Assembly: GCA_052055015.1 (NCBI GenBank)
Contig: JBQJIT010000002.1
Source: Malassezia furfur
Lineage: Eukaryota
Reading direction: 5' to 3' (one strand)
DNA length: 33,623 nucleotides
Shown here: one piece after another, positions 9,695 through 19,859 of the stretch
Layout of the letters: the number at the start of each line of letters is the position of its first letter
Position numbering within the stretch: the first letter of the stretch is position 1
Program-made: the position numbers and the translations under genes
The notes under the pieces: model-generated
What the model saw: the letters and a program-made list of their open reading frames with translations, nothing else
Told to the model about the DNA's origin: nothing
The model's database searches: none

Positions 9695-11915
9695 ATGGCG
9701 CTCGTGTAGGTGACGCGCTGATGCAGCTCCGTCGCGACCTGCTCGCTAAACCAGTGGGCCCTGGACTTTGACGGCAACCGCGACCGGATCGCGGCTTCGA
9801 TCCGTGCGGCCAAAGCGCGCGGATGCACGCTGCGCCTCGGACCTGAGCTGGAGATTTCGTAGGTGCATGCACTGACGCAGGGGATACGGAGTACGCTGCC
9901 ACGCGCGCTGACCCAGTGCTATGACCACTTCCTTGAACACGACACCGAGACGCACTGCTGGGAGGTGCTGGCCGAGCTTTTGAGCTCGGACCTCACCGAC
10001 AACATCCTGTGCGATGTTGGCATGCCGATCCTGCACCACTCGGTCCTGTACAACTGCCGCGTGATGATCGCCAACCGCCGCGTCGTACATGTGCGCCCAA
10101 AGATGTGGCTGGCTAATGACGGCAACTACCGCGAGATGCGCTGGTTCACGCCATGGATGCGCCCGCACGTCGTCGAGGACTACCGCCTGCCGCCGTGCAT
10201 CACCGATATCACGGGCCAGAGCCAAGTGTCGTTTGGCGACGCGCTGATCTGCACGAACGACACGGTTCTGGGCGTGGAGCTGTGTGAGGAGCTCTTCACG
10301 TCGGCAAGCCCCCACATCGTTCAGGGATTGCACGGCGCCGAGATCATTCTCAATGCGAGTGGAAGCCACCACGAGCTGCGCAAGTTGCACCGCCGTGTCG
10401 AGCTGATCAAGGAAGCAACGCTCAAGTCGGGCGGTGTGTACCTCTACGCCAACCAGCGTGGTTGTGATGGTGACCGCCTTTACTACGACGGATGTGCACT
10501 GATCGCCGCGAACGGCGCCATTGTCGCCCAGGGTGCGCAGTTTGCGCTTGACGAGGTCGAGGTTGTGAGTGCGACCGTCGACCTCGCCGAGGTGCGTGCG
10601 CACCGCACTGGCAAGAGCCGCGGGATGCAAGCCGCGTGGATGCAGAGCGGACACCTCGGCGTGTTCCCCGGCGGCCCGGCGCGTGTGGCCGTCGACATTA
10701 CGCTCTCGCGCACACGGGCGTATGACGAGGCGCCCACGCCGCCGATGGATGTGCACTACTCCACGCCCGAAGAAGAGATTTCCCGTGGGCCCGCGTGCTG
10801 GTTGTGGGACTATCTGCGCCGCTCCCGTACGCAGGGATTCATGTTGCCGCTCTCGGGCGGAATCGACTCGTGTGCGACGGCGACGATCGTGTATAGCATG
10901 TGTCGCATCGTGCACAAGGCGTGCGCGGAGGGTAACGATCAGGTCCTCGCCGACGTGCGTCGCATCGCGGGGGCCGACGCGCCATGGGTGCCCGCGTCTC
11001 CGCAGGACATTGCGCACCGCGTCTTTGTCACCTGCTACATGGGCACCACCAACTCGAGCAAGGAGACACGCGCGCGCGCCGCCCAACTCGCCGAGGCGAT
11101 TGGGTCCTACCACTACAACTTTGATATCGACTCGGTGGTGAACGCAGTCTTGTCGCTGTTCACTTTGGTGACGAAGCGCACGCCGCGCTTCAAGGTACAC
11201 GGCGGGACGCCGGCCGAGAATTTGGCCCTGCAAAACATCCAGGCGCGCTCGCGCATGGTGCTCGCGTACCTCTTTGCGCAGCTTGCACCCTGGGTACAGG
11301 GACGCGGCGGTGGCCTACTTGTGCTCGGCAGCGCCAACGTCGACGAAAGCCTGCGGGGCTACCTGACCAAGTACGACAATTCGTCCGCGGATCTGAACCC
11401 GATCGGGAGCATTTCCAAGACGGACCTGAAGCGGTTCATTGCGTACGCATGCGAGACGTTTGACATGCCAATCCTACGCGAGTTCCTCGAGGCACCGCCC
11501 ACGGCGGAGCTCGAGCCGATCACCGAGACGCACGTCCAGAGCGACGAGGCGGACATGGGTATGACCTACGACGAGCTCTCGGTAATGGGACGCATGCGCA
11601 AGGTCGAGAAGTGCGGGCCGTACTCGATGTTTGTACGCATCGTCCCGTTGTGGACGCCCAGGATGACGCCGATGCAGATTGCCGACAAGATCAAGCTCTT
11701 CTTCTTCGAGTACGCGCGCAACCGGCACAAGATGACCACCCTCACCCCGTCGTACCATGCCGAGTCGTATTCGCCCGACGATAATCGCTTTGATCTACGC
11801 CCGTTCCTCTACCCCAGTCACTTTGCACACCAGTTCCGTAAGGTGTATGCACTCGCTGAAGAGGTACGTCGCCGCACTGACCTAGATGATGCAGCAGCAA
11901 AACAAGCAGACGTAG
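9695..11915 (+). CDS. QNS1: Glutamine-dependent NAD+ synthetase, 709 aa
   Basis: Exons 9695-9705, 9727-9858, 9881-9890, 9917-11863, 11886-11915. Splicing restores [12 protein letters not shown] and GPELEISGYGCYDHFLE. Nitrilase-domain ELCEELF and synthetase motifs PLSGGIDS and [13 protein letters not shown] are present. The last intron rests on splice signals only; the unspliced frame would end at 12034. Confidence 0.95.
9706..9726 (+). other. 21-nt spliceosomal intron (QNS1 intron 1)
   Basis: GTAGGTGACGCGCTGATGCAG. It carries an in-frame TAG and must be removed to join ATG 9695 to the conserved [12 protein letters not shown]. Confidence 0.85.
9881..9890 (+). other. 10-nt microexon of QNS1
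   Basis: GGGATACGGA lies between introns 9859-9880 and 9891-9916 and supplies the conserved GYG of GPELEISGYGC. Confidence 0.88.
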
Positions 11916-11933
11916 CTGCGCACGGGCCATTCG

Positions 11934-12045
11934 GGACCTCCAGTTCGGCGGAAGCGTTAATTGGGCGAAATAAAGAAGCCGAGCCTCCTCGTTCTTTAGT
12001 CGGCCTCCGACGTACACCCTTTCGTCGTAGCTAACGGTGGGGTCC
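11934..12045 (+). ncRNA. Candidate structured RNA element of unknown class
   Basis: Six complementary segment pairs found by eye, all compatible with one nested fold (see findings). No known family recognised. Confidence 0.3.
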
Positions 12046-12088
12046 ATGACATTGCATCTCTATCCCCTGTCTGCACCTCGTCGGCTAC

Positions 12089-13096
12089 TTACTGCTTTTT
12101 GGCGAGCTGCTCCGCCTTGCGGATGGCACGCTTACGCGTGTTCAGGTTGTAGTCTGGGTCAGTCGTGCATCTCCACGTACCGTACGAGCGGCTGAGCATC
12201 AGGCCGGCGGGTGTCAGGTGCGACGTCGCCCAGTCGAGCCACGCATGTGCCGGCCAAGGAGTCATCGTGAAAGGCCTGCCGAGCGCACCCGTGGAGCGGC
12301 CGATGCGCGAGAGCGCCGCCTTGACGTAGTCGTCAGGGAGCGGAATCATCAGCGAGGCGCGGCGGATCTTGGACATACTGCTCACCACGAAGAAGGTGTT
12401 AAGCAGCTGCACGTCGACGTTTGCGCGGCGCATCTCTTCACCCAGCGCATACGTCCAGCCGATCAGGAAGGCCTTTGAGCCCGCGTACGTGGCCATCATA
12501 GGCGTGCCCCACTGGCCCGTGAACGAGCCGAGGTTGAGGATCAGGCCGCGCTTGCGCGCCACGAGCTTGGGCGCCACGAGTTTCGTGACGCGCTGCGTGA
12601 CAATCACGTTCATATTCGTGATGCGCTCAATCTCCGACTCTGCCATGTCCAGGAACGTCTCGGGCATCTCGTGCGATGTACCCACATTGTTCACGAGCAC
12701 GGCAATGTCCAGGTGGCTGATCAGGCGACCAAGGCCCTCGTACTCGGCCGCTGAGGCCACGGAGAAGTCCATGGCGTAGATGGCGGTCTTGGTGCCGACG
12801 TACTTGCCCTGGATCTCGCGGCTGAGTTCCTCGAGCTTGGCCTTCGTGCGACTCACGAGCACGACGTTGAACCCGTTCTTGGCCAGCTGCACGGCAAACG
12901 AGCGGCCAATGCCGTCCGTCGCACCGGTCACCAGTGCCCAGCTGCCAGCGCCGCGCGACTTGGTGTTAGCACCGTATGTCGTGAGCGGGATACCGGGAAG
13001 GACATGGATCTCGAGGATCAGATAGAGCAGGTACGCAGCCACGGCGATCAGGACCACCGCGCCGACCGCGGCGAGCGCTTTCGTTCCACAGCACAT
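12089..13096 (-). CDS. IFA38: Very-long-chain 3-oxoacyl-CoA reductase (SDR family), 326 aa
   Basis: N-terminal TM segment, [24 protein letters not shown] catalytic motif and C-terminal KKQ. Probable in-frame 27-nt intron at 12154-12180. Confidence 0.88.
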   Translation of the reverse strand: MCCGTKALAAVGAVVLIAVAAYLLYLILEIHVLPGIPLTTYGANTKSRGAGSWALVTGATDGIGRSFAVQLAKNGFNVVLVSRTKAKLEELSREIQGKYVGTKTAIYAMDFSVASAAEYEGLGRLISHLDIAVLVNNVGTSHEMPETFLDMAESEIERITNMNVIVTQRVTKLVAPKLVARKRGLILNLGSFTGQWGTPMMATYAGSKAFLIGWTYALGEEMRRANVDVQLLNTFFVVSSMSKIRRASLMIPLPDDYVKAALSRIGRSTGALGRPFTMTPWPAHAWLDWATSHLTPAGLMLSRSYGTWRCTTDPDYNLNTRKRAIRKAEQLAKKQ

Positions 13097-13122
13097 GGAT
13101 GGGAGTTGGACGGGGAACCTGC

Positions 13123-13129
13123 TGACTCA
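13123..13129. promoter_or_regulatory. TGACTCA (AP-1/Gcn4-type core) in a 48-nt divergent spacer
   Basis: Exact motif between the IFA38 ATG (13096) and the Med25-like ATG (13145). Confidence 0.3.
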
Positions 13130-13144
13130 GCTGTGCCAGGAACC

Positions 13145-15343
13145 ATGGCGGCGGGTGCATCGCCGGCTGTGGTCCAAGAGGATGCGCAGCGTATGCCCGA
13201 GGTGCTCCTCGTCTGCCTCGTGCATGACAGTGCCGCGCTGCGTGCACAATGGTCCGAACTGGACGAGGGCGCGCTTGGGCCGCTCTTTTTCGCGCTCTCG
13301 GCGCTCCAGCGCGACTCGCGGCTGTTGGTCGGCGGGGTCGTGTACCGCTCGGAGCCGAGCAGCGACCTGGACGCACTCGTGCGGCCATACGAGAGCATAG
13401 AGCGCATTACTTTTCTCCCTGCGACGCGCTTCTGTGCACGGATCAAGGAATCGCTGCAATCCAGCGAGGCGTCCCAGCGCCTGCAGCTCGACGCACCGAG
13501 CGAGACCGAGGCACCGCTCGCCGACGCGCTTGCGGCCGCCCTCGAGGTATGTGTGCACTGGTTGACTGACGCAGATGTTGCGTGCACGCGATCCACCGAA
13601 ACATATCGCGCCGTTTGCTCGCGCGGCGCTCCGTGCCAACTTCTCGCCTGTCCTGGCCAAGCACGTCGTGCACGTCTTTGCGCTTGAGCGCGCAGCGGAT
13701 GCACTCCCCATCCGCATCTCGTCTCAGATGCCCATGGTGAATGCCGATGCGCGCTTCGATCGGATGCCGGTGCATGACCTCATCGCCGACCTCAACCAGC
13801 GATCTGTGTCGATCACGACGGTGCTGAGCACCCGCGAGGGCAATGCACGCGCACGCTCAGCAACGGCGCGCAGTGCTCACGAGCTGCTTAGCACGCACTC
13901 TGAGGACCAGAATGTGGACGTGCATGAGCTCCTAGGCGCCCAGTGGAAGCCGCCCCCCCACGTCGAGATCCTCGTGACCGGGGCAGAAGTGGTGCAGGCG
14001 CTGCAGAAAGAGGCACGCACCTCGAACGATGCGATACCCAAGCCCAAGCGGACACGTACGAACGACTCGCCCATGACTACGGCGTCCATGCCACCCACGG
14101 CCAAGGCCGACCCGGCGCTCTTCAACAAGCTGATGTTGCTCCAGCAGCAGCAGTCGACCATGCTGAAAAACCTGACTCAAATCGCCTCGGCCCAGGACTC
14201 ACTGTCCGGTCAGACTGGGCGGGGTGACCATGCGGCGGGCACCAACCTGCAGGGCCAGATGCTCGAGCAGATCCGGCAACAGCGTACGTACCCCTACGAC
14301 TCACCTCAGTGCTTGTGCAGCAGGGTGCCATCAAGCGCCAGGCCGAGCTGCTCCAGAGCGGCAAGCAGCCAAACCTCGACCCGATTTTGCAGTCACTGAT
14401 CAACATCGACAAGGAGGCACGCGAGGCGAGCATTCACCTAGGCGGGCCGAGCAGCATGCTGGGCCAGGTGAAGCCGGCCCCAGCGGCGTCGGCCGTGCCT
14501 GCTCCGGGCGCGCCGCCTGCCACCAACGACGCCAAGCCGCGTGCCTTCTGGCAGGGCCTCATCAAATGGGGCTCGTCTGGCCAGAACGATGACAACATGT
14601 TCACCCTCGTGGTCGCGTCTGCGATGCATTTCCAAGCGGTGCAGCACTCGCTGGCCCTACCTTGGCCCAACTTGATGAGCATCAGCGCATTCGTGCCCGC
14701 AGCGCCCAACGTGCTGCAGCAACTCATCACCTCGAGACGTGTGCCGTGTGCGCTCCTTTCGCTCCGGCCCTTTCCGCCGAACATGGCGATCCGAGGCGCC
14801 GAAAACAACGAGCAAAACTATCGCATGCTCGCTGCGACGCTGCTGCAGAACCAACGCGCGGCCTACATTCCGCACGGCGAACCCAACTGCGGACTGCTCC
14901 TTGCCTCGGTGGCGCGCCGCTCAGGCGGTGCTCCGCAACTTTTGGCGCTCGTGTTCCAAACGCCGATCCCCCTAAACCAGCTGGCTGTGCAGCCGTCCGG
15001 CAGTATGACGGCCAATACACGCGGGATGATTTCGGTGCCACAGCCACAAAGTATACCCACGCCTACGACACAACCTACGGCATTTCCCACGCAGGACCCT
15101 CTGGCTGCCTCCCACATGGCCCCTGTCGTGTCGAACGCGTTCCCCCCCGCGATGCCAGCGGCGCCGCAAGGCAATCTCATGTCACAGCTGTTCGGCAACC
15201 GGTCGATGCCAGAGCAGCCCATCGACCCCCAGTCCGCACTCATTCAGAACCTACTTGGGCAGGCGCAAAGTGCTTCGGCCCAAGCCAGCAACCATGCGTC
15301 GTGGCCGGGTGACCCGATGCTGTCGATGAACTTAGGTTTGTAA
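13145..15343 (+). CDS. Putative Mediator subunit 25-like protein (VWA-like N-terminus, ACID/PTOV-like domain, Q/P-rich tail), 714 aa
   Basis: Exons 13145-13546, 13575-14283, 14310-15343 (introns 28 and 26 nt). Motif resemblance judged by eye: PLADALAAALEML, AFWQGLIKW, PWPNLMSI. The gene model is better supported than the family call. Confidence 0.6.
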
Positions 15344-15379
15344 AACCGTAGGCGGCCCCACAGTCCTTCCTCCACCTTC

Positions 15380-16280
15380 ATGTCCGGGAGCGGTCGAATT
15401 TCGCCCTCGCGCCTCGGGCCGACCGAGTACATGCAGGCGATGCAGGCGCGGCATCCTCAAGCTCATGTCTCGCCCGAAGTCTCCCGCAGGAAGCGGGGGA
15501 ACCGCATGTCGCTCTTCGCGCGTCAAATTAAGAACGACGATGCTATCTGGAAAGGGTACGAGCGGATCGTGGGATTCGATACGATGCCCGACGCCGAGGA
15601 CACGGTGAGCGGGAGTGCCTCGTATACGTTGCAAGTCAAATCACTGGGCTATTCGCGCACGAAGCATACGCGTACGTTTATGTGCGCTGTGGACGCGACA
15701 GAGAGCAGGTAAGTTGCCCTCGACTGACGCAGCGAACGTGCCCTGGAGTGGATCATGGAAAACCTCGTGGACGACGGGGATGAAATCGTCGCTGTGCGTG
15801 TGCTGGACAGCGAGCAGGACGGTGCGTGTGCATATCTTATGCAGTGGTCACACAGGAGAAGGCACGCGAGGGGGCGCACTCGCTACTTTCCTCCATCGTG
15901 GAGCTGAACGAGAATACGCGCAAGGTACGCTACACGCGCTCATCCAGATTTCTATCACCGTCGAGTTCTTGTCGGGACCCATCAAATCGTCCATCTTGCG
16001 CCTGGTAACCATGTACCGCCCAGAGAGCCTCACCATTGGCACGCGCGGCAAGCAGGTGAGCGCGTTGGAAAAGATGCTGGGAACAACACCACTAGGAAAC
16101 CTCAGCAAATCTCTCATTTGGCAATCGCCCGTCCCCGTGATCATTGTACGCCCCGAAGACCGCGTGAAAAAGCACCTGTTGAAGCGTATGAGCGACCCCC
16201 GCCGGCATGAATATTATGACCTCGTCCAGCACGACGACGACCTGCCTATGAGTCTCCCAAAAAATAAAGAAGCGAAGTAG
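15380..16280 (+). CDS. Universal stress protein (UspA) domain protein, 276 aa
   Basis: Exons 15380-15708, 15733-15821, 15845-15924, 15948-16280 (introns 24, 23, 23 nt). RTFMCAVDATESSERALEWIMENLVDDGDEIVAVRV ... LTIGTRG ... SPVPVIIVRP. Confidence 0.88.
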
Positions 16281-16409
16281 ACGAGTCCCTTCCCTGCAAG
16301 CCTAGTGTACGACGACCGTCGGTAAGCGCGCGTGGCGTGCCCACACGGCGCGCGCCGTCGCGTGGTGCCCCAATATTGCGGGCGCGGTTCTCCGCGTCCC
16401 GCCTCCACA

Positions 16410-18017
16410 ATGCCTGAGTCGACCCAACGGCTCGTGGTCGTGTCGAACCGGCTGCCGGTGACAATCAAGAAGGACGCGTCCGCGCCGGGCGGCTTTGCGT
16501 TTAGCAAGTCTCCCGGTGGGCTCGTGTCCGCACTGCGTGGCACGAAGAAGACGATGGACTTTACGTGGATCGGCTGGCCTGGTATTTCGGTGCCCCCGAG
16601 CAGTTTTCCGTTCATCGAGAAGACACTCAGCGAGGAGTACAACTGCAAGCCTGTGTGGCTCCCTGAAGAACTCGCCGAGCGACACTACAACGGATTCTCC
16701 AACTCAATCCTCTGGCCTCTCTTCCACTACCACCCCGGCGAGATGAACTTTGACGAGGCAAACTGGATCGCCTACCGCGAGGCGAACCGGCGCTTCGCTG
16801 CGACCGTGCGCCAAATTTTGCGGCCAGGCGACCGTGTCTGGGTGCAGGACTACCACCTGATGCTGCTTCCCCTGATGCTCTCAGGCCTGCTCGAGGATTC
16901 GGACATTGACGTGATGGTGCCGGGCGATTGTGCCAAGCTCGGCCTCACATCGGACCTCTACACGGACATTGTGTCCGAGTCGATGATGTTCCTCGATGCG
17001 CCGAGCGGTGGGAGCGCAAGCTTGCGGCGCAAAGACATCCACATTGGCTTCTTCTTGCATACCCCCTTCCCAAGCAGTGAAGTGTATCGGTACGTTGCCT
17101 CCTCCTAATCCAGCATTCTTCCCGTTCGCCGCGAGATACTGCTCGGCATCTTACACTGTGACCTGATTGGGTTCCATACGTACGACTATGTCCGCCACTT
17201 TCTGTCGTCGTGCTCCCGCATCCTGGGTCTGCCGACCTTCCCCAACGGTGCCGACTTTTGTGGGCGGCGCGTCCAGGTGCGGACCTACCCCATCGGCATT
17301 GAGCCGCAGCAATTCGAAGAGGCGCTCTTGCGCGAGCCTGTACAGAACCGCATTTCTGCGCTGAAACGCCGCTTCGAGGGGGTGAAGATCATTGTCGGGA
17401 TCGACCGGCTTGACTACATCAAGGGTCTGCCACAGAAGCTGCAGGGCCTCGAGACCTTCTTCGAGGACCACCCTGAGTGGATTGGGCGGGCGGTGCTGGT
17501 GCAGATCGCTGTTCCGTCGCGACAGGATGTTGAAGAGTACCAAAACCTGCGCGCCACTGTCAACGAGATGGTGGGCCGCATCAACGGCCGCTTTGGCACT
17601 GTGGAGAGTTTGCCCATCCACCTGTTGTATCGCTCGGTGAACTTTGACGAGCTGTGTGCCCTGTATGCCGTGAGCGATGTGTGTCTCGTCACCAGTACAC
17701 GCGACGGGATGAACCTCGTCTCCTATGAATACGTCGCGTGTCAGCAGGGACGCAACGGTGTCATGATCCTCTCCGAGTTTGCGGGCGCCGCTCAGTCGCT
17801 GAATGGCTCGCTGATTGTCAACCCGTGGGACCGGTTCGCGGTTGCCGACGCGATCCACACGGCGCTCACTATGGACTCGGAGACGCGCGAGAAGAATGCA
17901 GAGAAGCTGCTCCGCTACGTCAAGCGGCACACCGCCTCGTGGTGGGGCCGCAGCTTTGTGGAAGATTTGGGCCGTACACGGTGCGAGGGGATGGGCATGG
18001 CGATAGAACATGTTTAG
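16410..18017 (+). CDS. TPS1: Trehalose-6-phosphate synthase (GT20), 527 aa
   Basis: VVSNRLP, GGLVSAL, HYNGFSNSILWPLFHY, GFFLHTPFPSSEVYR|ILP (24-nt intron 17090-17113), DRLDYIKG, RDGMNLVSYEY. Confidence 0.96.
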
Positions 18018-18026
18018 ATTGGCTCT

Positions 18027-18386
18027 CTACCTCGACGAACAGCATCCCGAGCGCTCGCGCTCGATCTCGGCGGGAGTCTTGAGCCGCAGGCTCAGCGCGT
18101 GGACGCCGCGCTCGAATTCGGGCGCTAGCAGCGCATTCACCGCACGGTGCCGCGCGATCTGCGGCTTTCCCTGAAACTGCTCCGAAACAACTTCCACAAA
18201 AAAGTCTGAGTGAGTGTGTCGACGTACGTGTCTCGCCGTTGCCGCCGTTCTGGGCGGCCATCGCCGCGTGGTGCGCATGCTTGGACGAGCTGCATCAGAT
18301 ATACCCACTTACTCATTGCGGATAAACAGGTGAGAGGGCGCAAACGCATCTGCAATCTTTGCGCGGATGCTGTCTTCGACGGACAT
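18027..18386 (-). CDS. BolA-family protein (BolA1/Uvi31-like), 104 aa
   Basis: Exons 18386-18313, 18289-18228, 18205-18027 (introns 23 and 22 nt). Product contains NDSSKHAHH..GETHFFVEVVSEQF..IARHRAVN..GVHALSLRLKTP. The ORF track shows only fragments. Confidence 0.9.
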
Positions 18387-18491
18387 CACGCTTCGAGACA
18401 CGTAGTAGCGCACACCGCGAAACAAGCCCCCTGGCGTACGCAACATGAAATCGGCGGCGCACGAAACATCCGACACGCTTATGTCATCTAC

Positions 18492-19769
18492 TTATTCGAG
18501 CGCATAGGCCGCCTTGGTGTCGGCGCCCGCCTTGCCCTTTTCGGCCTGGCCCAGGCCGTAGCGGCGCAGGCGAATGGCCTGCACCGCAATGAAGCCCGAG
18601 GTATTTTCGGGCTCGAAACCGCCGAGCTCGTCCATGGACGAGAACTTCTCGTCGTAGAGCAGCTCGTTCGAGCTGCGGCCCTCGATAACGACGTTACCCT
18701 TGTACAGGCTCAGCTTCACCACACCGTTCACGGTCGTCTGGCTGGGAGGGATGCAGCCACGCACAAACTTGCTCTCCGGCGAGAAGAAGAAACCGTAGTA
18801 CAGGATCTCAGAGAACTTGGTCGTAACGAGCTGGTCGCGCAGGCGGCGCACCTCGCGGTCCAGCGTCAGGCCCTCGAGGTCGATGTGAGCTGCACGCAGG
18901 ATCGTAGCACCCGGCGACTCATAGCAGCCACGCGACTTGACACCGATGAAACGGTTCTCCACGATATCCACACGGCCAATGCCGTGCTTGCGAGCAAGCG
19001 CATTGAGCTGCAGGAACACGTCCACCGAGTCCGTGTAGCTCTCGCCCGACTCCGTCTTGGTCACCTTAACCGGAATGCCCTGCTTGAATTCAATAGTGAT
19101 CTTCTCGGGCGTGTCAGGCGCCTTTTGGGGCGACTGCGTGAGCTTCCACATGTCGTCCGGCGGCGTAGTGTTGGGGTCCTCCAGAATACCCGCCTCGTAC
19201 GAGATGTGGAACAGGTTCTCGTCCGTGGACCAGGGCTTCGACTTGGTCTGCGTGACGGGAATGCCCTTCGACTCAGCATATTCGAGCAGCGCACTGCGAC
19301 CAGCGAATCGCTCGTAGAACTTGGGAAGACGCCAGGGCGCAATCACCTTGATGTCGGGCTTGAGACCGTAGAAAGCCAGCTCGAAGCGGACCTGGTCGTT
19401 GCCCTTGCCGGTGCAGCCGTGCGAAACGTACTCGCACCCCTTCTTCATCGCCGTCTCAATCATGCCACGGGCAATGACAGGGCGAGCCAGAGAGGTACCC
19501 AGCAGGTAAACATCCTCATAAATGGCGTTTGCCTGTACGGCAGGGAAAATGAGCTCCTCGACGAATTCGCGACGCAGATCTTCGACGATGAACTCTTTCG
19601 CACCGCACTTGAGCGCCTTCTCGCGCACAGCGTCAAAGTCCTCCTCTTGACCAACGTTGGCAAGGTATGCAATCACCTCATAGCCCTCATCGATCAGCCA
19701 GGCAAGAATAGTCGAGGTGTCCAAACCACCCGAGTACGCAAGCAGCACACGTCCATGACTCGACGACAT
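18492..19769 (-). CDS. ARG1: Argininosuccinate synthase, 425 aa
   Basis: LAYSGGLDTS, YLLGTSLARP, HGCTGKGNDQVRFE, VENRFIGVKSRGCYESPG. Intronless. Confidence 0.97.
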   Translation of the reverse strand: MSSSHGRVLLAYSGGLDTSTILAWLIDEGYEVIAYLANVGQEEDFDAVREKALKCGAKEFIVEDLRREFVEELIFPAVQANAIYEDVYLLGTSLARPVIARGMIETAMKKGCEYVSHGCTGKGNDQVRFELAFYGLKPDIKVIAPWRLPKFYERFAGRSALLEYAESKGIPVTQTKSKPWSTDENLFHISYEAGILEDPNTTPPDDMWKLTQSPQKAPDTPEKITIEFKQGIPVKVTKTESGESYTDSVDVFLQLNALARKHGIGRVDIVENRFIGVKSRGCYESPGATILRAAHIDLEGLTLDREVRRLRDQLVTTKFSEILYYGFFFSPESKFVRGCIPPSQTTVNGVVKLSLYKGNVVIEGRSSNELLYDEKFSSMDELGGFEPENTSGFIAVQAIRLRRYGLGQAEKGKAGADTKAAYALE

Positions 19770-19859
19770 GATAGCAGACTGGGAAAGTTAATTCGGGCCT
19801 CGCCGGTCTTATCTGTGCATGGACCACGTGGCACTTTTTTCGCTCCTCCACAGCTGGAA

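Noticed and set aside
11978..11998. AGCCTCCTCG resembling the HDV ribozyme P3/L3 region
   Set aside because: The complementary P3 strand (GGC), the P1 pairing and the J1/4 GG do not follow. No hammerhead or TPP riboswitch core was found either.
18210..19859. N-terminal 550 codons of the 1218-aa + strand ORF, antisense to BolA and ARG1
   Set aside because: Antisense shadow of a codon-biased gene. NOP9 similarity begins only at ATG 19860.
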